Positions 53,285-64,000 of a stretch of 64,000 bases of DNA are shown in pieces. Position numbers and translations under genes: made by a program. The DNA comes from Eledone cirrhosa (Eukaryota): positions 111,910,001 to 111,974,000 of the forward strand of contig OZ024744.1 in assembly GCA_964016885.1 (NCBI GenBank), written 5' to 3'. The stretch's first letter is position 1, and each line of letters begins with the position of its first letter. The notes beneath the pieces were generated by a model. The model searched no databases. It was not told where the DNA came from and saw only the letters and a program-made list of their open reading frames with translations.

Positions 53285-54617
53285 AGATATATTATTTTAT
53301 GTTCATACATGGAACAAAGACATTACCTAAGGTTTCAAGGCCCAATATTGATCATATTTCCAGATTGTAAGAGGGATCAAAATTGTGACCTGGTATTATT
53401 CCTGATTGAGCACTGTTTTCCTTTTTCACATCTGATTTCACAAGCACAAATATATGGAAAGGAGATGATTGCCAGCTTATACAAAGGAAACAATATTTCC
53501 ATTGGTCTTTCCATTACTGATATTGTTTTGTCAGTTACAGCTTCTGGCAGAAGGAGGAGGGATTTGAACTCAAAACACTGAAAAATAGACCAGAGACAGC
53601 AAAGCATCCTGTCTAAATCTTACACTGTATTCATCAAACCCAAAAGTATGAAAGCAAAATTGACCTTGGCTGGATTTGAACTCAGAAAATGTGAAACCAA
53701 GACATTTAATCTGACATTCTAACAACTCTACCAATTCATTACACATTTCTTTTGACATCTGACGTACAAACCCTACAAATTGTTTGTGATGGGAAGGGTA
53801 CATAGCTGTAAAAATCATGGTTGAGACAATTCTGTACACAAGTAATCAGTTCAACTGACTGTGAACTTCAATTACATAAACAAAACAATATTAGCGGATG
53901 AAAAACAAAGCTTCCTCTACACTAGTCCATCACATGTAAAATATGTAACCTATTTCTTTGTCTTAAAAAAAAGTCATGGGGTCTATTTCCCCTTATAAAA
54001 ACTGTAACCTATTTTTTTTTTTACAAAACCTGGAGCCTATTTCTCCCCACAAAGCTTGGAACTTATTTTTTCCTAAAAATAACTTGGAACTAATTCCCCC
54101 TATAAATTCCAGAACACACACACAAAAAAAAAAAAATCTACACCCTATTTCCTCTACAAAATCAGAAACATTTTCTAGAGTCTAGTTCCTTGCTCAGAGA
54201 GTAGAAAGATAAAAAAAAACAAAAAAAAAACAGTAGATTCAAAGAGTGTAGGAAAAGTCTGCTAGAAAAACACATACATGCACACTAATGCTACATAATT
54301 AACAAAAATATTTTTAATTGAAAGCTAAGATAAAAACACCACAAATAGAAAACAACAATGATCTACAAAAATTCTAGGAGCTAGGTACTAAAATAATAAA
54401 AAAAATGGAGAATAGCAACTCCAGCACTTAAAAACAGGAAAAAGAAAATAATAACATAACTAATTAAATGTCATTTACTGCATCAAATGTCATTTCTGTG
54501 GCATATTATATAGAGGAGAGTGTGGCTAGCAGTTAGCCAATGGTTTTAGAGATCATTTGTTGGATGTTCAACAGAACAGCAATGGATTCTTAAACCTTCA
54601 GCTACAAATTTGATTTT

Positions 54618-54975
54618 CCAGACCCACCCATCTTCATCTTGCTCCAGACCCACCCACCTTCATCTTGCTCCAGACCCACCCATCTTGCTCCAGACCCACC
54701 CATCTTCATCTTGCTCCAGACCCACCCACCTTCATCTTGCTCCAGACCCACCCATCTTCGTCTTGCTCCAGACCCACCCACCTTCATCTTACTCCAGACC
54801 CACCCACCTTCATCTTACTCCAGACCCACCCACCTTCATCTTGCTCCAGACCCACCCACCTTCATCTTGCTCCAGACCCACCCACCTTCATCTTGCTCCA
54901 GACCCACCCACCTTCATCTTGCTCCAGACCCACCCACCTTCATCTTGCTCCAGACCCACCCACCTTCATCTTGCT
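54618..54975. repeat. 26-bp tandem array, about 14 copies
   Basis: Unit CCAGACCCACCCACCTTCATCTTGCT. Confidence 0.97.
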
Positions 54976-56179
54976 ACCATTGGTCTTTTACAACAACCAT
55001 GATGTTCCCATTCACTGGCTACATCGTGATTAACAGTTTATTTATTGATAACGAACAGCCACTGCTCAAGGTATCAATAATTAACAAATTTTCCTCTAGC
55101 TGCACCCCCAACTGATAAACCTTCACACAGCCTCTTTTCCACCTATCCACCCACCCACACCCACATCGCTGCCTTGTTTACACCTAAAAGAATGTTCATA
55201 CTTCCTACATACATCCTATCACATCAATACATCACGTTAGGCCATTCCAGGATTCATCATACCTTATCATGTCAACACCATGCCACTCTAGTATGCCAAT
55301 ATCACACCTCTTCACACTATTATCTTATTCTATCAATAACATCCATCTTCCCCACTCTCCCTCACACACAGGCACACATCAGCACATGACTGATACCACT
55401 AGCTTATTACCCAGCATTCTCTTCTCTGCCAGAAAAGATTTAGTCACAGCCACTTCTATTCTGCCATTATTCATTATTCATTACTCATCATGCTGTTTCT
55501 ATAAAACAATGCAATTTCTTAAACACATACACATATATCCCAGTGTTTGTGTGTCTATATATGTGTGTGAGTCTGTGAGGGATAGATATACATCCCTCTT
55601 CTCCATTCATCTACCCTGACAAAGGACAAATTATCCAAAATATTAATACCACTTCCTTTCCTTCACACCATAGTATACTGCCTTTGCACTTTCTCCTGGC
55701 GTAAATATTTTTGTTTGTAAATTGCCTTCTGGATACAATAACTTTAACTAAAAGACAAACCTTGTAGGTTTTACATAGACTACATTGGGGGAAACTTCAA
55801 CAAATCTAAGTGTATACAACACCATGCATATTTACCTGGTATCGTTTCCAAAGATTTACAAGATATTAAGCTAGATAGATAAAACAAATCACAGAGATTA
55901 ATCAATAATAACAATCTACAAAGAAGAAGAATTTAAAAGATGAAAATGTTAGAAAAACAATCAGATAATTGTGATTAATTAATAGCCTGACAACAATGTT
56001 AAGTTGGCAAAGAGAGTATTTGCTGCACATTATAAGTATAAATATTTTACTGTTGACCTCAATGTCAGCAACATCATCATCATCAGCATCTTTATGATCC
56101 TCACCAGCCTCATCCACATTATCCTTCTCATCAATTTCATCATCACATCACATTACCATCACACATACACACACATATC

Positions 56180-56760
56180 TATAAATATAAATGGTGGCTG
56201 CCAACTCGTTTTCGAGTACGGCCACTACTTTATATATCCATGTAGGAGAACCCCTACCAATGCGCTGAACGAGTGTGACTTTTTAGTCCAGCCAGCGACT
56301 TGAAAACTCTGGTACAAACACTACACTTGTGATAATTATTGACACATAGTGCTGGGCCCATGGTACCATGTGATGACAAGTGCGGAGAGATCTCCAGATA
56401 TAAAGCAATGCCTGTGCCGTGAAGCTTTTATAGTGAGCAAAGGCACTGCACAAAGCCAGTCCCACTCTCTTAACCAAGATGATATTTACCAAAAAGAAGA
56501 ACAAGTCAACATCATTGGATACCATCAGGGTTGCAGGTGTTATATCAGAGTTTTCCTTCTCCTAGAATTCTGCCTTGACAAAGGCTAAGGGGTCATCTCT
56601 CCCGGTGATTTTGGATGGCCATTGACTCTTAAGAGCTCCTTTGCCCTTTGACAGGTTTTGTTTTTAGTCCTGTAGGATGTCCAAAGTCACCCTCCTCACC
56701 AAGAAACTTTGGTAAGGTTGCCAGTTTAGTCGCCAACGACCCGACCATGAGACAGGTTGT
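56180..56760 (-). mobile_element. Short non-autonomous RTE derivative (5' UTR-like part joined to a 3' end encoding a C2H2 finger)
   Basis: Minus strand runs ggcgactaaac..ggtgaggagggtgactttggaca..ctaggagaaggaaaactctg, then CSVCTRVFKSLAGLKSHTRSAH*. Both parts have homologues at 61550-61877. Confidence 0.6.
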
Positions 56761-56905
56761 ACATACATACATACATACACATATACAAACATATATGTAT
56801 ACACACACACACACACACATATATACTATTAAGTTAGACATGCCCTGGGCCAAAACCTATCAAAGTTATCAAAGTTATATACATATATACACACACATAC
56901 ATATA

Positions 56906-56939
<34 letters not shown>

Positions 56940-57273
56940 TATATATATATATATATGTATGTGTGTGTATAAAAATAAATCTAAGGACAACTGCATGTGG
57001 CCTTCAATCTACTTTACGGTCTAAGTTCAAATCCCGCCGAGGTTGACTTTGCCTTTCATCCTTACGGGGGGTGTCGATAAAATAAAAGTACCAGTAATAC
57101 ACTGGGTAATTGCTGGCCTTGTGCCTAAAGTAGAAACAATTATTATATTACACTCTGTTTAGCTCTACACCTCACTACAGATGTGAATCTAAACATCGAG
57201 TGCTCACCTGGGTGAACCTACAGTAACTTCATGTTACACTCCCTGGATATATATATATATGTATGTATGTATG

Positions 57274-57345
<72 letters not shown>

Positions 57346-57604
57346 TGCATACATGCAAAGCCCATACATACATGTTAACATATAGTAATATATATAAGGC
57401 AATGGTGAATTTATTAGAGAAGATAATTTAATAGCAAATATGTATTAAAATAAACTGTTTCCTCAAGTTGGTGTATCTCTCATATGTCCTGTAGAAAGGA
57501 AGACCAGAGAGAATCTCTAAATATTCATCTCTTTCTTATTGTTATGTAAATAAGATTATACATATATATTGAATATAGACTTACATACATACGGCACACA
57601 CACA

Positions 57605-58045
57605 GTCATCATCCTCATCACCATTTAATGTTCATTTCTCTATGCTTGCATGAGTTAGATGTGTTGTCACATTATGAGACAAGCCAAGTCAGGCCAGGTG
57701 ACCATGTCTTGCTCATACAGAACTGTTTCTGGCTTGGCTTCTACAGCTAGATGCCCTTCCTAATGCCAACCACATTTACAGTGTGAACTGAGTGCTGTTT
57801 GTTGTGTCACTAACACAACCTCATTACAGGTGAATTGGGTGTATTTTGTTGTGTTACCAACTCATCACCTTACAGGGTGGAATGGGTACTTTTTGTCATA
57901 TCACTAGCATCACCACTTTACAAGGTGGACTGGGTGTTTTTTCCATGTCACCAAAATTACCACTTTACAGGGTGGACTGGATGGCTTTTGTCATGTCACC
58001 AGAATGAACACTTTACAGGATGGACTGGATGGCTTTTGTCATGTC
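57605..58045 (-). mobile_element. Old RTE-tail-derived repeat with internally repeated UTR motif
   Basis: ctacagctagatgcccttcctaatgccaacc plus several cactttacagggtggactgg copies. Confidence 0.65.
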
Positions 58046-59478
58046 TATATACATTGTGAAGTCACATGAATGTAGGGTCATGAGATTAATTCCCAGTGGG
58101 CTGTTGTGTGAGGAAAATACTCACCAATCCAACAATAACATTTACATATATCCTCATCATAATTTAATGTCTTCTTTCTCTGCTAGTAAAGGTTTGATAG
58201 GTCTTCACAAACCAAGTCAATACTGAAGCGGGGCTACTGACCTCCCAGAAAGGCTGGGGGAGTCTGCATCTAACTTATGTACAGTCTGACATTCCATCAA
58301 ATGCACAGGAGAGATTGTCATATCTTTGACATAACTGGAGGGTCCACCCAATCCCTTGTTTGGCAAGCTTTCTAAGGCTGGATGTCCTTCCTATCACCAA
58401 CCACTTTACACCATCTTCAGTGTGCTTTTATTGTGTAGATCCCCAACACTATGGAGGATGTCTATGACACAACAGAAGGGTCTTCTCAATATATTTTAAA
58501 AGGTATGTTAGGTTGAGAAAACTGACACAATGCATATTTACATATTTAATTATAAGAAACTAAAATAAATTACATAAATTACATAAATTGGAGACAGAAA
58601 AAAAAAGAGGTCTGAGACAGCTGTAAGATCTGACCACACATCTGCCATATACTAAATGGATGTGTTGCCATTGCCCCAAAGAACTTGTGGTCACTTATTT
58701 GTCTGTTTTATAAGCTTTGCCTCTCAGCCAGGAAATGTAAATAAATGATTAATCATTTAATGATGTCTTTGGAGGATTTGAAATGTTGAAACTATATTGG
58801 CTTGTGAAAGCTGCTACAGGGATTGTCTAAATATCTAGCTATAAAATAGTCAAATAAGTCTGGTAAGTAAACCCCTGCTTAATTGTCTGTTGATATTGAT
58901 ATATATATATATATATATATGCTAGCAAGGAAAACAGATGTTATATGATGATAATGATGAATATATAAATACATATAATTATATATGTATGCAAAAATTT
59001 AACAATACAGTAAAATGAAAATATATAATGGTTTAATGCTTGATATAATAAGAATAGAGTCTTAATGTTGCAGACGCTAGTTTTTCATCGGAAGATAGAA
59101 TGAGAAATAAAAGAAGATATAGAAAGATAGAGCAAGGTGAGACAAAAAAGGAAATGCAGAAAACCTTTTTAAGAAAAAGTATGTGTGCTTTAAGTCAGCC
59201 ATTCTGGAGGGAAAAAATTATATATGAGTGTATGTGTGTGTGTGTAGTAAAAGACCGCTAATTTTCCAAAAGCTGGTACAATGCATTCATTCATTTGTTA
59301 TGTATTGAGCTGTTTCAACTCTGCATTTGAAAAGTGGGTATTAGCCCTGAAATATGTTAAAATAGACTGGGTAAAACATTACTTTGTTTTGTTTTATCTG
59401 TCATCATTTGCCCTTTGTATTTTTTACTACATATTTCACAATGCTTCATATTAACTACACTACTCTCTCTCTCTCTCA

Positions 59479-59545
<67 letters not shown>

Positions 59546-60136
59546 AATTAACATAAAAACAGATGTTATGGTTACATAATTGTATTCAATGCATTATACA
59601 TATTTCACTGGCACCAGTGTGATATCATCAGTTGTTAACACAATTATGTGAAAAAATTAAGGTAAGTTGATATGCTACAGGCAAATGCTTTCATGTTTGC
59701 AAAAGACCAGTTAAAGCTATGATTCAGCTACCTAATTTAAGATGATAAGAGTTGTCATGGTTCCTAAGCTTAATGGTTCAAACTGCCTAGCCAAGAGATA
59801 TGGGGTTTGACTCCTCATAGCAGCCAATAGCAACTTCTTTTTCTGTCTTTAAGGGTCTTCATCCTATTTTATAAACTATTTTATAGCATCTGCACACTGT
59901 TCTATATATATATACAGGTATTATTGTCAGGCATGAGAGAAAGTACTCAATACCCAAGTAGAGTTTAAATATTCATTTAATGGTGAGCCTTCTTATCTAT
60001 GAATTTCACCTGCACACCTGCAGGATTATCAGACATAACTCCCTTCTCTCCAGATACACCCTTTCAAAAACACGTATCCACTCCCAACCCCCCAACCTTG
60101 AGTCTTCTCCTATTTATACTGTCCCTCTTATTGAAG

Positions 60137-60187
60137 TCTTGTCTGATGATGCTATGAGTACGCATGTGAAACTCCAGAGTAACAAGG
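60137..60187 (+). ncRNA. Type I hammerhead ribozyme motif
   Basis: tcttgt CTGATGA tgctatgagtacgcatgt GAAA ctc-ca-gag TA acaagg. Has a 6-bp stem I and a GUA triplet with an imperfect stem II. The downstream sequence is inverted at 59969-59991, and AGTACTC is at 59942. Confidence 0.75.
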
Positions 60188-60373
60188 CTCAACACTTAAC
60201 CATTAAATGAATATACACACATTCACGCAGTAGTGGTAGTGGTGGTGGTGGTGGTGGTTGTGGTGGTGGTATTTCATTAGTTGTGAAGTAAAGAAATCTC
60301 TTGAAAATGTTGACACTGACAATGGTTTCAGAGAGGAGGGGGAGGGGTGATGCTTCTTTTCTTGATTATCATT

Positions 60374-60427
<54 letters not shown>

Positions 60428-61249
60428 ATGACAGTTGTTCTCACCACATTCCTCCACCTCCACCAGTACTACTCAATTCCTCACACTCGTTCCCCCACAT
60501 ATCACTCCACCATATGACCTTACTATATAGCCAGGTACATATCTACCTATCACCTCGTGTCTCTAACGTGAAACTAACTTTCTTAGCCAACCAAACTTAT
60601 TGATTTTTCTTTCTTTCATTTCATCTTCCTTTTATTTTTATTCATCTGTTTACTTACTTATTCCACCCCCACCCCCACCTTCTCATTCCAGAGCCACCAT
60701 CTTGTATGTAACTATTATTTTTATTTATTTATTTATTTTTACCATTTCATCCCTGGAATTTATCACAGAATCTTTCATGAGAGAAAACACACCTGACGAC
60801 TGCATCAAATATTTTTAACAATTTTGGGGCACAGAAAAGAGCAGGAACAGAAAAAATAAAATAAAATAAAATAACAGAAAAGAAGGAAAAATAGAAAGAT
60901 TGAAAATGCGAAAATAAAATAAAATAAAAATCCACTGCTTTCATTCTTGTTACTATAGCAAAGCTACTTGTACCATGAAGTGGCCATAGAACTAATTGGT
61001 TGGAAGGTTAGAGTGCCAAGATGCACTTTCATTCAGGCCTTGCATACACATACACTTATATAAACACACACATATATACTCACATACACATACATGCACT
61101 CACACACGTACATTAACTCAAAGTGTGTGTGTCTTATAAACAATAGATACCACAAATGATAGAAACAATGTGTGTGTGTATGTAAGTGAGTGTGTGTGCA
61201 TGCGTGCGTGTGTGTGTCTCTCTCTCTTTCTTTTAATTTCGAGTATATT

Positions 61250-61500
61250 TTTGACTGGCCACCTTCCTGGTGGCAAGGTTGTAAAGGAAAAGAAATTGTC
61301 ATCCCTTGAATCGCAAGAATGTTTTGCCAATTTTTAAGGTGCCAGCTATTGCAGCCATTTGTAGACTATGAATTAGGGAGCTGCGTTCTTTGTCCACAAA
61401 TCCATGTTCAGTTATACTTTAATCCAAGCGGGCTGGTATATAACCTGTAGCTCCAATAATGATGGGTTTGAAGCTGAAGGTGTATCTTGGATATTGGATC
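61250..61500 (-). mobile_element. Second R4/Dong-like LINE 3' relic
   Basis: Aligns with 45750-46095 without the SINE. Confidence 0.75.
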
Positions 61501-61689
61501 TGGTTTCAGAGAGGAGGGGGAGGGGTGATGCTTCTTTTCTTGATTATCACTCCTTCAGGGTGTCCAAAATCACTCTCCTCACCAAGTAAACTTGGTGGGG
61601 TTGTTGGTTTAGTCGCCGACAACCTGACCATCTTCGCAGTCATAGAGTGAAACCAGTGGTTGACTACCAGGCTGCTGTCGAAGATGCTG

Positions 61690-61877
61690 CTCATCATGCT
61701 AGTCAAGCATGTGGAAGAGAGTGTAAATCTGCAGGAGGGCTCAAACATCATGCAAAAATACACGAACTCTAACCACAGCCGGCTACTGCCAGTGAATGTT
61801 TTGGTTGCCGACTCTGTGCAAGACATTTTAGATCATTGGCTGGGCTAAAAAGCCACATTCAATCGCTGCACAGTTAA
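61690..61877 (+). pseudogene. Two decayed C2H2 zinc fingers, probably the C-terminus of an RTE/BovB-type LINE ORF
   Basis: SQACGRECKSAGGLKHHAKIHEL*PQ..CRLCARHFRSLAGLKSHIQSLHS*. Confidence 0.65.
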
Positions 61878-62029
61878 TTATTTATATGTGTTCTTTTTCT
61901 CTTTTTTTTTTTATCATGCAATGGCCATACTCGATATCGAGGGGGCAGCCATCATATATGTATGTATGTAAGCGTGTATGTGTGTGTATGTACATAGAGA
62001 TACATCTTTCTCTCTCTCTCTCTCTCTCT

Positions 62030-62078
<49 letters not shown>

Positions 62079-62254
62079 ATGTGTTCCTATATGTAATTAA
62101 TACACACAGGGACACAAGTATAGTTCAACCATATGCCAGTGTGGTTCAATGGCAAGTTAATAAATTAAAAAGCCAGAACATATAAAATCAAGGGAATGCA
62201 AATACTGAAAAAATTTTTATATAAATTCTAAAAATTCACTGTACTTACTATATG

Positions 62255-62337
62255 TGCCCCTACTGCGGTTTCAAATCCTAAACGAATAGATAATCCAGGC
62301 GGATTTCCATTGAGAAAGAGATTATCGTCAGAAGGCA
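62255..62337 (-). ncRNA. Type I hammerhead motif with a ~50-nt stem II domain
   Basis: tgcctt CTGACGA taatct..ggattt GAAA ccgcag TA ggggca. Stem I pairs with two G-U, and stem III is one change from palindromic CCGCGG. Confidence 0.65.
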
Positions 62338-62445
62338 TTTCTCTCTCGGAGAATATAAAATTCTCGAGTTAAAAATTACAAACTAGCACCACTCCAAACT
62401 GCCTCAGAATGAGAGCAAATGAATAATAAAGCAGTTTTGTCATGG

Positions 62446-62483
<38 letters not shown>

Positions 62484-63279
62484 CGAAATATATATATATA
62501 TATTTTGTTTCTGAATTATTGGCAACATGACCCTCCCAAAGCATAACAATTTATATATATATATCATCATCTTTTTTACGGTCATTTCTGCATGCTTGCA
62601 TGGGTTGGACAGGTCCTTCTCATCACAACAACATCTTTCAACATATTGCAATCCTTTTGCATCTCCTCTATGAGTCTCACCACCTCTGCCTAGGTCCTCC
62701 CTGGTCTACAATGCTATCATTTAATGTTTATTATTAATAAACAACATTTTCAAAAAATACATAAATGAAAACAAAACATTGCAATCAAAGTTTTGTGAAA
62801 AAAAATGTGTATTTTTAAAAACTAATTATAGTGTATATATACTGTACATATTACTGGCAGTATACAGTAATACTAAATGTTATAATTAAATTTCTAAATA
62901 ATTGTGAATGTATAGTATACTGTATAGTATAGTGTTATTTAGAGTAGTGTATGCAAGTGATTGTTCTTACCTTCCCCAATAAAAAATATAAAGTACCTTG
63001 CGAAATATACACATCTAGAGACTTTTACTAATGACCTTCGGTCTTTCCCACTCAATATATATATTTGGGAGTGTGTGTATATGTGTACATGTACATGCGT
63101 ATATAGAGATTTATATATATGTATACATACATATTTTTTCAAGTTTCAATTTGTAGAAACATTATTTTCCCTAGGGACTTTAAACTGAAGAACTGACCAC
63201 TAATTGATTTTACATATGTCTTTAACACATTGATATAAAAAAATGATTTGGCCAGCAGCTGTGTATGTGTAAGTATATC

Positions 63280-63602
63280 ATCATCATCATCATTTCATTT
63301 TACGTCCACTTTTCCCTGCTTGCAAGGGTGGGACGGGAACTGATTCTGGCTTGATTTCTACAGCTGGATGCCCTTCCTAACACCAACCTAATTTACAGTG
63401 AGTGCTGGGTGCTTTTTTGCCGTGGCACCTCCACGAATGATAGGGATCCCAGTCCCTATAATCTCATTTCTACAGCTGAGTAAACTGGAGCAACGTGAAA
63501 TAAAGTGTCTTGCTCAAGGAAACAACACATCACCCGGTCTGAGAATTGAACTCACAACCTTTCGATTGCAAAGCCAATGCTCTAACCACTAAGCCATGTG
63601 CC
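63280..63602 (-). mobile_element. SINE family A, near full length
   Basis: As 23540-23882. Confidence 0.88.
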
Positions 63603-63691
63603 TATACAATATATTAATGTACCATACAATATATTAATAAATGGAAACTATATTTATAAAACCATAATTATTTTATTATATATATTTCAAG

Positions 63692-64000
63692 GGCAACCAG
63701 ATAGATTATATCCTTACTAGAAGACGTGACAGAGTGTCTGTTGTAAACACTAAGTCCCTCCCTCGTGAAGAATGCACCTCCCAACATAGCATAGTAGTTA
63801 GTGACCTCATAGTCAGGACCAGACGTATTCAACGACAGAGGAGGACTACCTTGAGGAGAAGATTATGGAAGATGAAGGAACACACAGCAAGTGACAAATT
63901 TAAAAGCTTATTACTTGATGCTTTTGACAATAAGGAAGAGCAATTAGAGACGTACAATATAGAGGAACAGTGGGAATTCTTGAAAATTAACCTGTTGAAG
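63692..64000 (+). mobile_element. RTE LINE fragment: end of the APE endonuclease and linker, running off the window
   Basis: An open frame absent from the ORF track: QIDYILTRRRD..VVNTKSLPREECTSQHSIVVSDL..LWKMK..EQWEFLK. Confidence 0.85.

Noticed and set aside
55612-55650. Hammerhead-like relic (ctgacaa agga..tcc aaaa)
   Set aside because: It needs at least four reversions to fit the model.
61690-61877. Host C2H2 zinc-finger gene exon
   Set aside because: It has an in-frame stop, lacks the first Cys and any TGEKP linker, and the GL.SH pattern plus the homologue at about 56260-56330 point to a LINE C-terminus.

Overview
This is AT-rich, microsatellite-dense eukaryotic DNA, almost entirely repeats. 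The SINE/LINE complement resembles what I recall from coleoid cephalopods (Octopus-like); that assignment is recollection, not a search result. I cannot support any host protein-coding exon, and all long ORFs over simple or tandem repeats are artefacts. Recognisable content: two decayed Penelope-like retroelements (RT + GIY-YIG, both minus strand, 215-3050 and 30310-32010); several 5'-truncated RTE-clade LINE fragments; two relics of a LINE with a restriction-like endonuclease; two SINE families; a complete and a partial non-autonomous Helitron; Tc1/mariner, pogo-like and hAT relics; and eight or more minisatellite arrays. The most notable hidden structure is RNA-level. About a dozen type I hammerhead ribozyme motifs from sequence-unrelated Penelope-type termini sit mostly beside (TA)n tracts, often as fold-back inverted duplications, and share a GAGTRC terminal motif. 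There are also two possible type III-like hammerhead variants with very long stem II inserts, and a decayed HDV-like ribozyme at the 5' end of a non-autonomous RTE derivative.
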